From positions 12,245,337 to 12,309,336 of the forward strand of contig CM082586.2 of the NCBI GenBank assembly GCA_040954595.2: 64,000 nucleotides of DNA. Direction: 5' to 3'. Each line of letters opens with the position of its first letter. The stretch's first letter is position 1. This document shows, piece by piece, positions 1 to 10,735 of the stretch. A program made the position numbers and the translations under genes. Below the pieces are notes generated by a model. That model had not been told where the DNA came from. It worked only from the letters and a program-made list of their open reading frames with translations, and did no database searches. The stretch comes from Balanoglossus misakiensis. Lineage: Eukaryota; Animalia; Hemichordata.

Positions 1-432
1 AAAAAAAAACCTGTTTCAGTTCCATGTTTTATCCATTACAAACAAATGTGTAGGCCTATTTGTTTCTGTTCAATGTTCTGGCTGTTCAGTCATTGCAATT
101 TCTTATCTTTCAGTCCAGTGTTTTGTGCTCTCTGTCCTTTTAGTCACTATAATTTCTTGTCTTTCTCTTTAATGCTCTGTCCTTTCATTCTCTACAATTT
201 CTTCCCTTTCCTCCGGCCTCGATGGCTTCAGCCATGGTCCGACACGACCGCCATGATGAATATGACGTCATATTTGCAAAATCTCACAATTAGCCGTTGG
301 GGGCGCTGTTGCTAGGATGATCGCCTCAGGCTCAGAGTCGGCGCAAATAAAACAGTTTTTTTTATTTTCATGTCGGAGCTGAAATTTACGGTCGGTCGGG
401 AGATGAGAATCACAGAAAATAAAAACGTCGCC

Positions 433-1316
433 CTAAGCAATAACCCCCACCGAAGGCGGGTATACGCGATATTTGGGTACAATTCGAGACATATAGCACA
501 AGCCGTCAGGCGAGTGCTATATGGAGGGAATTGTACCCAAATCAAGTGTATACCCGACTGAGGCGGGGGTTATTGCTATTATATTATATCAACAATTGTT
601 TTTGTGGCATATCAGTGTCATTTTCTTACTGAAACGGCGTCAGAAAGAGAAATTACGATCGTGAACCAACATGGCGACGATGAATGTAAACACGAGCGGC
701 CGGGATCGAGCATTAAACATGAAGCAGATGACAAAAAGTGACAAGACGGGCATCGCGCGTGACAAAGTGACAAATATTTTCACAGAGCAGTTCCAAAATG
801 AAACATCTGTTCATTCAACAGTATTTTTGTTTTATTTATTTGATTTAAACACGCGCGACTGTGGTTTAACCGCACATTTTTGCTGCCGTATGCTAGTTCA
901 GCGGCCCGTTTTAGCAGTGCATTATTATTGAGTATTATATTATACCAGTATATTGATGGTGTAAATCACACTATTTGATTGGTCGAGACAGGACACGTGA
1001 CCGTGATATATTAGCCATATACCACAGTCATATATCATAGTCAAAGAAAATGCCTTTTTAAAATGTTTTATGCAAAGTTTCAATATACTGGCATAATATA
1101 ATAGCAATAAAACACCCCCAGCCATGGTATACCACTCGATTTTGACCAGTTCAACTCCACATACGCACTCGCTATCGCTTGTGCGTATATGTTGTGAACT
1201 GGTCAAAATCTCGTGGTATAACATGGCTGGGGATGTTTTATTGCTTAATTTTAGCATCGCTGTATTGAGCTCTCGTCCAATCAGAATTGTGGACGGTAGC
1301 ATGATATAATATAATA
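433..1316. mobile_element. Non-autonomous hairpin element (Crypton-like architecture), with a second one nested inside
   Basis: Imperfect ~145-bp palindrome 434-579 (TAAGCAATAACCCC...GGGGTTATTGCTA), followed by TATTATATTATATC whose reverse complement GATATAATATAATA recurs at 1303-1316; no ORF. Confidence 0.55.
933..1246. mobile_element. Nested hairpin element, opposite polarity
   Basis: Short IR TATTATACCAGTATATTG / CAATATACTGGCATAATA, then long palindrome 1103-1246 (AGCAATAAAACACCCCCAGCCATG...CATGGCTGGGGATGTTTTATTGCT). Confidence 0.55.
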
Positions 1317-1356
1317 CAGAATTATTTACAGTCATGATTTGTATGTGTTATTACAG

Positions 1357-1519
1357 GCTAATACCAGTACTTCACTACCGATGGATCTGGACATACCAGT
1401 GCCCTCTACAGCTCAAGTGCATCAAGTTGACTCACCAGCAGCAAGTTGATCCACAACAACAAAAACAACAACAACAACTGAAAAGTGTTGTTTGGCATGG
1501 AGCCTTGGAATGGCAAGAG
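1357..1519 (+). pseudogene. MED25: MED25/PTOV1-like exon (Q-rich linker and start of PTOV/ACID domain)
   Basis: ttacag acceptor, GT donor at 1520; ends QQQQLKSVVWHGALEWQE, resembling MED25 AWSGVLEWQE; 5' part of reading frame uncertain. Confidence 0.65.
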
Positions 1520-2069
1520 GTGTGTACAGCTCACATACAAATAACTAATTAAAACAATTGACTGTAGGTCAATGGGGTTATTGTGTTTGGATCATGTTGG
1601 ATAGTGAGCATTTTTCGATAAACGATTTGATTTTTAGGGTGCTTCCAGATGTATCTTTGGAGGGTACACATTACATAAATTATGAGCTTGGCTGAACAAT
1701 GTGTGGTAGTACCCATCAAGGAAGTACACAGATTGGTCTTTCATCCAGAGGCACACAGTGTACATGCAATGCAATAATTTCCCTTTGTATGTCTTAACAA
1801 AGCAACCTTATACGACAGGAGCAGATTTAGATAAAAAATTTCATCTGGGTGATAAACTATATAAGTCCACTGTTACTTGGGATTTGAAACTCAATGATAA
1901 TTTTGTTAGTGACATTCTCATGTTGGATGACCTACAACACTTTGTATTCATTAATTCATTGCATAAGTAGAGGTGAAATATTTAAATAATAACACATGTT
2001 AGCGAGGGCAATATCATGATCTTTGGCCTGCACAAGGGATGGTGATTGGAGTCAATTTTTTCCCCACAG

Positions 2070-2177
2070 CAATCACTTGGTGCCATGTTTCAAAACTCAC
2101 GCACTGTGGAGTTCCAGTTTATGAATAACAGCCAGGAAGCATACATATCTCTCTTCAGAATAATGTCTGGAGGATTT
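2070..2177 (+). pseudogene. MED25: MED25/PTOV1-like PTOV/ACID domain exon
   Basis: ccccacag/gtaagt-bounded 108-bp phase-0 exon QSLGAMFQNSRTVEFQFMNNSQEAYISLFRIMSGGF, resembling MED25 [36 protein letters not shown]. Confidence 0.8.
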
Positions 2178-2439
2178 GTAAGTATTATCTTATAATTGCA
2201 CTGTAAAATTAAAGGATCATGTCAATTGTACTGCCATGCACCTGCAACTGACACTTTACATATTAAAGGCCATTTTCTCAATCCCAGGGCAGAACAATGA
2301 AGACAAATAAGAAATCCTTTGTGTTCCGAACACAGTAAAAGGACAAAGGCACTTCACACGCAATAACAATGCCTTGACCTTACAAGTCATTTCACATTTA
2401 AATGCTCGACTTTGCATCACAAAGAATGAGTCAACGTAC

Positions 2440-2699
2440 CTGTAGGTTTCAAATAAATCTGTTTGAAAGACCAACCACACCGTCTCTGGGCAATTCCCTA
2501 ACAAGAAACGCTGCACTTCGTCCACAGAAGTGTTAGCCGTCAGTGGACTGAAACTTGACAGTCTCACATTGTTGTATAAAGGAAAGTGATTACGTGACTG
2601 AAACTTTTATCACGTGACCCTATTTGGCGGGAAATGATCCTCCCTTGGGACAGCATATCACATGACTATCACATGGTTTATTTTGTAAACCGGGTTACA
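2440..2699 (-). repeat. 3' LTR (only first ~260 bp recognisable)
   Basis: Starts TGTAACCCGG on minus strand at 2699; near-identical to 9973-10261; similarity stops left of ~2440. Confidence 0.85.
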
Positions 2700-2710
2700 C
2701 ATTCCCCTCC
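2700..2710 (-). promoter_or_regulatory. Polypurine tract
   Basis: GGAGGGGAATG on minus strand directly abutting the 3' LTR TG. Confidence 0.8.
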
Positions 2711-2847
2711 AAAGCTTACACACTCTGGGTGTAAGTATCAATTGGGCAGTGGTACATTCAAACAAATGTTAAATATAACTGCAGAACACTTTCAAACTAC
2801 TTAACAAGAATACTTTCAAAGGGACTTTTTGCACAATTCCCCATCCC

Positions 2848-3255
2848 TCACCATGGGCGCCACAAATTCATGTTATTGTATGACATTGGTGCCTGTTTGG
2901 TTTCAAAACTTACAAGGGCATTATTGGCTAGCACACCCCCTCGGTCATAGGTCAATCGTTCAGCAGGTTTTCCGGCAGTTCGTCGCTTGGATCTTCTGAC
3001 TGGAACAGGGGCTACGGGTGCTGTGTTACTCTCATCAACCAGGGCATCTTCTGGGGCAGTGACTGGATCTGGCAGCTCAGGTTCAAGCACACTTGGGACA
3101 TCAGTTTCACATTTGTGTACAGATTCATGTACTTCTGCTACATCAGTGTCCTCTTTGAACAACTGAGAAATACATCCATCATCAGGTTCTGAATCTGATT
3201 CTAACTGTGTTGTCGCAATGGCTCTCTCCTTGGCATATCTCCTGGTCACTGGTCT
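2848..3255 (-). pseudogene. C-terminal tail of Gypsy pol, cut off by a premature TGA
   Basis: Same frame as pol (EPEL*RPVTRR...); acidic low-complexity tail with RRSKRRTAGKPAERLTY typical of Gypsy integrase C-termini. Confidence 0.75.
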
Positions 3256-6200
3256 TCATAGTTCTGGTTCGGCTTCTACTGGCTCAGGTGCAGACAAATA
3301 CCCAACAGGAAGCAGCATATTCCTGTGCAATGTCCGTTGGCTACCTTCCCCAGTTTCAGGCTTCACCACGTACACTGGCAGTTTCTCATCGTTTTTCTTC
3401 ATCACAATATAGACATCAGGCTTCCATCGGTCAGCCAACTTGTGTTTGCCTATCAATCCAACATTGCGTACAAGAACTCTATCACCCACAAGGAGATCAC
3501 TACTGCCACGGACTTTACTGTCATATCTCCGCTTGTTGGCAGCAGCGGACTTCTGGGCTTCACTTTCTGCCATCTTGTAGGCTCCTTTCAATCTCTGCTT
3601 CAAGTCCTCAACATACTGAAGGTAATCTTGGTGAGAATGCTCGTCTGGACTCACGCCAAAACACAGGTCAATGGGAAGTCTGGCTTCTCTCCCAAACATC
3701 AGGTAATATGGTGAGAACTGCGTGGATTCATTCTTTGTGCAATTGTAAGCATGCACGAGGAAACTGATATGTTTGCTCCAATGCTGCTTCTCCTTAGCAT
3801 CCAAAGTGCCAAGTAGGTTAAGGAGAACTCTGTTAAACCTCTCTGGCTGTGGGTTACCTTGAGGATGGTAGGGTGTTGTCCTAGACTTGCGTATGCCTGC
3901 CACTTTCAAGAGTTCTTTGATGAGTCGGCTTTCAAAACATCGACCTTGGTCACTATGGATACGGGCTGGTAGACCATAGTGAACGAAAAACTTCTCCCAT
4001 AGTACCTTGGCAACTGTCTTCGATTCTTGGTCTTTTGTCGTGTAGGCTTGGGCGTATCTGGTGTAGTGATCGGTAACTACTCGCACATTCTGGACATTGT
4101 GTCTATCAGCCTCAATAGTGAGGAAATCAATGCATACTAGTTCCATAGGCGCACTGGAGAAAATGTTGACCAGTGGTGCAGTTCGCTGGGGTAACTGTTT
4201 TCGACGTACGCACTGGCTGCAAGTCTGGCATTTCTTCTCAACATCGGTTCTCATTCTAGGCCAGTAAAATCTTGCTCTCATCAATTCAAATGTCTTGTCA
4301 ATACCCATGTGACCCATGTCATCATGCAGTGCGCTCAACGCCTGGTCACAGTATTCGGTTGGTAATACCAGCTGGAAAGTCTCTAAACCTTGGCTGTCTC
4401 TTGTCTTGCGGTACAAAACTCTATCCATCAGGAAAAGTTTGCGTCGCTGTCTCAACAGAATTCGTACTTCATTTGGGAGTGATTTGAAGTCAGTCACTTT
4501 CTTCCCCGATTCCAAGTAGTCAATAACTCCTGCCAGGGTCTTATCCTCCCTCTGTAGCATGAACCAATCCTTGGACTTTGCCATGGTGGACAAATCAGTT
4601 CCTGGTGGGTATTCTTGGTAATATTCTTTCAGCTCATATGGCTCTGGGATGGCGGCAGCTGAGGTAGCAATGGTCTCGATCAACACTGGGAATCTTGCTG
4701 GTCTCTGGCTGTCTTTGTTTGTAGTTCCTGATGAGGCAGTGCAGCCACACGAAAGTGCACTATGCTTACAAATGACATGTTGGGGGTATTCAATCACACC
4801 ATGACTCATAGCGATGGCTCTGATCACGTCCCTAGTCATAACTTCATCAGGCTTCTGCACATCTCCATGTATCCAATCTTTCAGCTCTTGTGTCCTCTGT
4901 TCAATACGTCGTGACTCCTGGTCATCTGGGGCCTCCGCATGTGGACGTCGGGACAGTGCATCCGCATCAATGTTGGCTCGGCCACTACGATACTGCAGGG
5001 TGAAATCATACGCTGCAAGGGCTGCCAGCCAACGATGTCCAGCTGCATCCAGTTTGGCGGTCGTCAGGACATACGTCAACGGGTTTTTATCGGTGACAAC
5101 TTTGAATTTTGCGCCATATAGGTAGTAGTGAAACTTGTCTGTCACACACCACTTCAGAGCTAGGTATTCTAACTTGTGTACAGGATATCTCTTCTCACTC
5201 TTCGTAAGACCTCTACTGGCGTAGGCCACTGGCTTCAGCAGGTCTCCATGTTGCTGATACAACACGCCACCAAGTCCATCCAGACTAGCATCTGTATGTA
5301 ATACAAAGGGTAGGGACAAATCGGCAAAGGCCAATACTGGTGCGTGAGTCAACAGGTCAATGATCCGATCCATGGCTTGTTGGCATTCCGGCGTCCATTT
5401 GCTCCCAAACGGCTCTGTAGCACTTCGGTATGGTATGCCATTGTCGTCCCTGTACTTTCCAAATTTCTTCCTCAACTTTGGGGGTACATATCCTGCAGTC
5501 AGATCATTCAAGGGTCTAACTATTTGTGCATAGTTCTCCACAAAGCGTCGGTAGTAACCGGTGAATCCCAAGAAAGTTTTCAATTCTTTGATATTCTTTG
5601 GGGTGGGCCATGTCTTCAGGGCTTCTATTTTTGTAGGGTCTGGACTCACTCCATTCTCGTCTACCTTGTGGCCAATATAGGTGACTGTCTTCTGGAAAAG
5701 TTGGCATTTCTCAGGGGATAATTTCAACCCATACTCGCTTAATCTGTCCAGCACTTTCATAAGCCGGTCCCCAGCTTCATTCAAGTCACGGCCAAATATG
5801 ATCAGGTCATCAAAATAAATCAACAGCTCGATCAGGTGCATGTCACTCATACACTTTTCCATCAATCTCTGGAACGTGGCGGGTGCACCAGTAATCCCCT
5901 GGGGCATCCGTTCAAATTGATAGAAACCCAGTGGACATATGAAAGCAGTTTTGTCCTTGTCTTCCTCAGCCATGGGGATCTGGTAGTAACCGGATTTCAG
6001 ATCCAACACATGGAACCACGAGCATCCATTTAGGCAGTCTAACGCCTCCTGGATCTTGGGCACAGTGTACTGATCGGGTATGGTTCGGGCATTCAAGGTC
6101 CGGTAGTCCACACACATCCGTATGGAACCATTCTTCTTCCGCACTAGTACTATGGGGGACGCATATGGGCTTTTTGACTCACTGATAATTCCAGCCTCCA

Positions 6201-6981
6201 ACAGTTCCTGTATGTGGCGCTTGGCATCATAGAAATCAGAAGGGGTTATACGTCTGGACCTCTCTCGGAATGGGGTTGCATCGCTCAGTGGAATGTGGTG
6301 TTCAACTGCAGGCGTACAACCAACGTCCCAATCATGCTGAGAGAACACGTGCATTCGTTTCTTCAGTTTCTCGTTTATCCTGACCTTGTCTTCGTACGTA
6401 AGCGGTGAGTCACCAAAGTCCACAACAAATTCACTATCCCCACTACCGTCTGTAGCCACTTCAGCATCTCTGGCTTGTACTGGGCAACTTCGGCACTGGC
6501 TATTCCCCTCCAAACTGTCATCTTCCTCTTGCTTTGGTTTGAGTTCATCCGGTTGCATGGGTCTCACCCATTCAGGCAAGTACAAGTCAGCCACTACTCG
6601 CTTCGGTCTCAGGGTTATATGATGTCCTGTCTCATTGTGCACAATCACTTTCACTCTTCTGCGACCTCTGGGGTTAAACGTGGTGACACTGCTCTTGACT
6701 ATCAGTCCTCCTGGTAACTGGTTTTCCAGTGGAGGTTCAACCAAAACTGTCGTTTCGGGTAGTCCTGGCCTTCCCCATCCTATACATCTAATAGACATTG
6801 TCTGTCCACTGGGAATAGTGATGGGCTTCCCGCCAGCCACTCGCACCGAGGTGATCCGGCCGTCCACACCACACTTCTCAACAGCCTCTATTCTCCGGTA
6901 AGCTTCAGCAAAATGGCTGTTTATTGTCAATTTCTTCACATAATTTCTTCCGGTTTCTGAATACACTGGTATTGGTTCCAC
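3256..6981 (-). CDS. pol: Gypsy pol: RT, RNase H, integrase
   Basis: SPYASPIVLV, MCVDYRTLN, LDLKSGYYQI, MPQG, IYFDD (RT); LHTDAS, LEYLAL (RH); HDDMGH/CSQC zinc finger, IDFL, SDQG, PERFN (IN). Confidence 0.97.
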   Translation of the reverse strand: MEPIPVYSETGRNYVKKLTINSHFAEAYRRIEAVEKCGVDGRITSVRVAGGKPITIPSGQTMSIRCIGWGRPGLPETTVLVEPPLENQLPGGLIVKSSVTTFNPRGRRRVKVIVHNETGHHITLRPKRVVADLYLPEWVRPMQPDELKPKQEEDDSLEGNSQCRSCPVQARDAEVATDGSGDSEFVVDFGDSPLTYEDKVRINEKLKKRMHVFSQHDWDVGCTPAVEHHIPLSDATPFRERSRRITPSDFYDAKRHIQELLEAGIISESKSPYASPIVLVRKKNGSIRMCVDYRTLNARTIPDQYTVPKIQEALDCLNGCSWFHVLDLKSGYYQIPMAEEDKDKTAFICPLGFYQFERMPQGITGAPATFQRLMEKCMSDMHLIELLIYFDDLIIFGRDLNEAGDRLMKVLDRLSEYGLKLSPEKCQLFQKTVTYIGHKVDENGVSPDPTKIEALKTWPTPKNIKELKTFLGFTGYYRRFVENYAQIVRPLNDLTAGYVPPKLRKKFGKYRDDNGIPYRSATEPFGSKWTPECQQAMDRIIDLLTHAPVLAFADLSLPFVLHTDASLDGLGGVLYQQHGDLLKPVAYASRGLTKSEKRYPVHKLEYLALKWCVTDKFHYYLYGAKFKVVTDKNPLTYVLTTAKLDAAGHRWLAALAAYDFTLQYRSGRANIDADALSRRPHAEAPDDQESRRIEQRTQELKDWIHGDVQKPDEVMTRDVIRAIAMSHGVIEYPQHVICKHSALSCGCTASSGTTNKDSQRPARFPVLIETIATSAAAIPEPYELKEYYQEYPPGTDLSTMAKSKDWFMLQREDKTLAGVIDYLESGKKVTDFKSLPNEVRILLRQRRKLFLMDRVLYRKTRDSQGLETFQLVLPTEYCDQALSALHDDMGHMGIDKTFELMRARFYWPRMRTDVEKKCQTCSQCVRRKQLPQRTAPLVNIFSSAPMELVCIDFLTIEADRHNVQNVRVVTDHYTRYAQAYTTKDQESKTVAKVLWEKFFVHYGLPARIHSDQGRCFESRLIKELLKVAGIRKSRTTPYHPQGNPQPERFNRVLLNLLGTLDAKEKQHWSKHISFLVHAYNCTKNESTQFSPYYLMFGREARLPIDLCFGVSPDEHSHQDYLQYVEDLKQRLKGAYKMAESEAQKSAAANKRRYDSKVRGSSDLLVGDRVLVRNVGLIGKHKLADRWKPDVYIVMKKNDEKLPVYVVKPETGEGSQRTLHRNMLLPVGYLSAPEPVEAEPEL

Positions 6982-7436
6982 AAATTACTGGAAGCTTTTT
7001 GCTTTGTTCACGGTCGGGTTAATCAGTGCTAATGCCTCACAAGTCTCCTCCACTCCAGCCACTTCTCTTGGGAAACACACAGACACTTGAATGTATCCAT
7101 AGTATGGAACCACTTGATCACCAGCACCTCGTACTACCAAATCATCGATTGAGTTGAGTTTGCAATGTGACAAATGTTCCTTGTAGAAAGAATGGGTAAT
7201 GAGTGTGACCTGCGAGCCACTATCCAGCAGGCAGTTGCATCTGACACCTCCAACGAAAACTTCAGCAGTCATACTTTCTCCCACAAGCCCATCTGGTAAT
7301 GGTTTGTCTGCTGCTGATGGGTTCGTCTCTAAAACATGTCCCTCCTTCTCTTTCTTTTCTTCTATCGTATTCCTATCAGATTTCCTTTGGGGGCTATTCT
7401 CAGTATGGACACCCTCTACTGGGGGTGTCCCTGGTA
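6968..7436 (-). pseudogene. Aspartic protease in the -1 frame, with internal frameshift
   Basis: Open from the slippery site through PLPDGLVGESM...CLLDSGSQVT; the C-terminal PVICGTNT motif (6968-6991) is in another frame. Confidence 0.9.
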
Positions 7437-7443
7437 GTTTCCC
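7407..7443 (-). promoter_or_regulatory. -1 programmed ribosomal frameshift signal
   Basis: G GGA AAC in gag frame (7443-7437), 6-nt spacer, 8-bp stem GGACACCC/GGGTGTCC; protease frame is -1 relative to gag. Confidence 0.85.
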
Positions 7444-9206
7444 TTCAACTCAAAAAACAGTTTGGCAAACTTCTGCTTGACAAATTGTAAGTTAGGGCTG
7501 CTTTTATTCGGACATCGCTTCTCTGGGTGTCCATCTTGACCGCAAGTGAAACAAAAAGAGGCGCCCTGGAGTGTAGCTTTTATAGATGATGGCGAGTTGG
7601 TTGTTTCCATGGCAACAGGGGTAGTTTCAGGTGTCGGCTGAGTGGGCTGGCTCACTACAACACTCTGTTGTGGTCTACGGTTTCTATCTCTCCTCCTTGG
7701 TTCCCTATTTGACACTGGGGCAGTGGCGACTGGTGGAGTACTGGGTTGGCTGGCTGCTGCGGGGACGGCCACATGCTGCATTAGCTTATCCATCTTCTGT
7801 AATAGCTGCTGTATCAGTGGACTTTCTGTAGCGGGTGTCGTACCAGTGGTCATACTGGCATTGGCCTCAAAACCTTGAAGCATATTCATCTGGCTATCAA
7901 CGGTGTTTCTCACTGTTTTCTGTGCCCGTTTCTGTGCTTTTCTTGCTTGTCGTGCCTCCTCCTGTCTAACCTCTTGAATCAGTTCAACAAAGCTTGGAGG
8001 GTTGGTCAGTCGATCTCTGAGCTGCAATGATGACAAGTGGTCTTCATTGTAAAGTACTCCCTTCAGAAACTGGTCAAGGCAATAATAATCGGCCTTCTCT
8101 GTATCTATGCTCCCCTTCAGTACTGCTCGACGAAGCAACTTCTGCAGTCTTCGTAAGTACTCTGAATGGGACCACGTTTCTTCCTGTGTGAATTTTCGGA
8201 ATGAATGCAGTGCTTCATCTGGTGTTTCCGTGGAGCCAAACACACTTTCCAATGCACGGAGGTAATCTTTGGCAGTGCTCTCTCCCTGTGGCAATGCACG
8301 GATTGTGCTGAGAGCATCCCCGGACAAACTCTCCGCAATTCGTTTCTTTTTCTCACTTTCTGTACAGTCCCACTCTGCAATCATCTGGTCAGCTTGCTCT
8401 GCCCAACTTTCATAGTCGTCCTCATTGGATTGCACAGGCTGTTTCCCTGAGAATGACTTCAGCTTACGGTATCTAGTGTTCTCTGTGGGTTTTGTCTGCA
8501 GGTTGGCCAGCAAACGTTCCATCATTTGTACGTATGCAGTGTCACCTTCACCTTGGGATGGAGTATTAGGTGGCGTGGCGCTCTCAAACACTGGTGGAGT
8601 TCCCATGTTTGGCGGTATAGTCGGCGCAACATACGGTGACTGTGGACTTCTCAGGTGTGTGCTCTTACCCTTGCTGTGAGATCCAACAGTTGGCGGTAAC
8701 GACATGGTGTCTCCTTTGGTGGCGCGTTAGTCCTCAATCTCTTTTGCCAACACATCCCTCATTCTGCTTCCCCTTCCACTGTGTCTTCGGTCGGTTGTCA
8801 AAGATCTGCCCCTCATACCAAGGCAAGTGGCTCCCAGGGAAATATCTTCATCCACCTGTTGAGGGCGCTGCTTCCGCTTGACCTTGACCGAAAGGGTTGA
8901 CTTTGCTTTGGGTAACAAGGCAGGCAAAATGATAGTATAACTAGACCCAGCGTTAAATTCAAACATATGAAATGCTGTATCAATCTTCCCATAACCAATG
9001 GGGCACCCCAGCATCATGACTGTGGGCTCTTGCAAAATATCAACAATATGAATTTCAGTGATACAATTTTTGAAATCCTTTTCTACAATGTCAACCAATT
9101 CAGATAATGCATATTTCCCTTTGTTGGAAAATCGGATAATCACCGCATTCTCCAAATCAATTCTGTTTTCCCGACACCAAGCGTGAAAATCCTCCCTACT
9201 TTCCAT
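7416..9206 (-). pseudogene. gag: PNMA-like Gag with one in-frame TAA at 8727-8729
   Basis: ORFs 8727-9206 and 7416-8705 are in the same frame; N-terminal AWCRENRIDLENAVII, capsid YRKLKSFSGKQPVQSNEDDYESWAEQA, zinc knuckle CFTCGQDGHPEKRC. Confidence 0.9.
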
Positions 9207-9417
9207 GCTTGTAAAGTCTTAGGGATGGATGAAAAACAATTACCCAGAATGCAATACAATGCTAATAATAATGAGGTTGGTCTTTCACTTTTAAACTATT
9301 ACCAAAGTCAAAATATTTATCTACATACAGGTACAATAGCAATACACTGCATAAATTTGCGCGATATCCAATCCACAAAGTATAGTATGTATGTATATTA
9401 ACACACAACCACACCAC

Positions 9418-9435
9418 ATCCCGGACGAGCCCCCA
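9418..9435 (-). promoter_or_regulatory. Primer binding site, tRNA-Pro
   Basis: TGGGGGCTCGTCCGGGAT, 4 nt downstream of the 5' LTR CA. Confidence 0.92.
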
Positions 9436-9439
9436 CTTT

Positions 9440-10261
9440 TGTAACCCAGAGTTTGATTTGGTTATTCACAACACAAGTCAACACTACGCGGACCGAGTTC
9501 ATTCAAGGTCAACAACAAGAACAGATATCGCACAAATTGTTAGCAGTCAACGGTATTGCTATTTTATTGTTATAATAACTAGAGAACTATCTAACTGAAA
9601 TATTGGTCGCTTTACAATGATCGAAACACTGAATAAATGACTTGCATAGAAATCCACTAGTCCACAGTGTTATCACTGAATTACTAGTAAGTCCAGTGTT
9701 CATCAAAACAGAAACCCTACAGTCTATTCAACTTAGCTGTTCCGCTAAACTGCGAATAAGCGATGATACGGAGCTGGCTGTGTCAACGTCGTAAATCGGT
9801 CCCTGGCAACCGGCGAGTCCTGGCCTGTGTTGTCATGATCTACGTTGCAGACGAGTATCCCTCCACACACGCAACGGGTATTTTCCTATACACACGCACG
9901 CATCTAGGGCTTCCCACTCGGGCTTGCAATAGTGTACAATCCACAGTTCCGAATTCAACACTCAGCACAGTTCTGTAGGTTTCAAATAAATCTGTTTGAA
10001 AGACATCTCATTTTGTAAACAAACATGAGAAGGCTAGGGCAAGTCCCTAGGGCAAGTCCCTAACAAGAAACGCTGCACTTCGTCCACAGAAGTGTTAGCC
10101 GTCAGTGGACTGAAACTTGACAGTCTCACATTGTTGTATAAAGGAAAGTCATTACGTGACTGAAACTTTTATCACGTGACCCTATTTGGCGGGAAATGAT
10201 CATCCCTTGGGACAGCATATCACATGACTATCACATGGTTTATTTTGTAAACCGGGTTACA
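9440..10261 (-). repeat. 5' LTR (822 bp)
   Basis: Terminal IR TGTAACCC...GGGTTACA, followed by the PBS. Confidence 0.92.
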
Positions 10262-10595
10262 TAAAGTTTGGTTGAACTCAAACGCCTCAAGTCCAGTTGA
10301 CCATCTCACACTTCTGGCACTGGTGGGATTCAAACCAACTCCATCAAAATGACTGCAGGTGCCTAAAACCGCTTGACTGTAGGACATAAATGCCTGACAG
10401 TGATATAACTATGTTATAATGTTACATCGACAATATATATTAAGTTTGGGGATATTTTGTCTCAAATGATTATCCCCATCTTGTTATAAATCTGAGCCCA
10501 GGTGTCTTTGGTGTGAGATTCCAGTAGTCAAGAGTAGGCTTATCTTGAATAATGTAATGCTTGTAAATAATTTCTAATTTCTTCTTACCCTCCAG

Positions 10596-10718
10596 ATATG
10601 AATGAATGTCACAGTGGTGGAAATGCATGTCAACACTGTTGTCAGAATACCCATGGTAGTTATCTCTGCGCTTGCAGACCAGGATTCTATCTGCTGGAAG
10701 ATGGCCATGCATGTGGCG
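10596..10718 (+). pseudogene. Calcium-binding EGF exon (phase 1-1)
   Basis: ccag/gtatgt; DMNECHSGGNACQHCCQNTHGSYLCACRPGFYLLEDGHACG; open, one extra Cys. Confidence 0.8.
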
Positions 10719-10735
10719 GTATGTAACTGTGGATT

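Larger units (their letters stand above)
2440..10261 (-). mobile_element. Ty3/Gypsy LTR retrotransposon, near full length, mildly decayed
   Basis: LTR-PBS-gag-PR-RT-RH-IN-PPT-LTR order on the minus strand. Confidence 0.97.

Noticed and set aside
2848-3249. Separate env-like third ORF
   Set aside because: In frame with pol behind a single TGA; no signal peptide or TM helix; typical integrase tail
7400-7430. Firm H-type pseudoknot call at the frameshift site
   Set aside because: Only 1 nt links stem 1 to the second pairing, sterically doubtful; only the hairpin is claimed
8727-8729. Programmed stop readthrough in gag (and at 3256, 6985)
   Set aside because: No readthrough context seen; the element has other lesions, so point mutations are simpler
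3207-8881. Numerous short plus-strand ORFs over the Gypsy element
   Set aside because: Antisense shadows of gag/pol with no motifs
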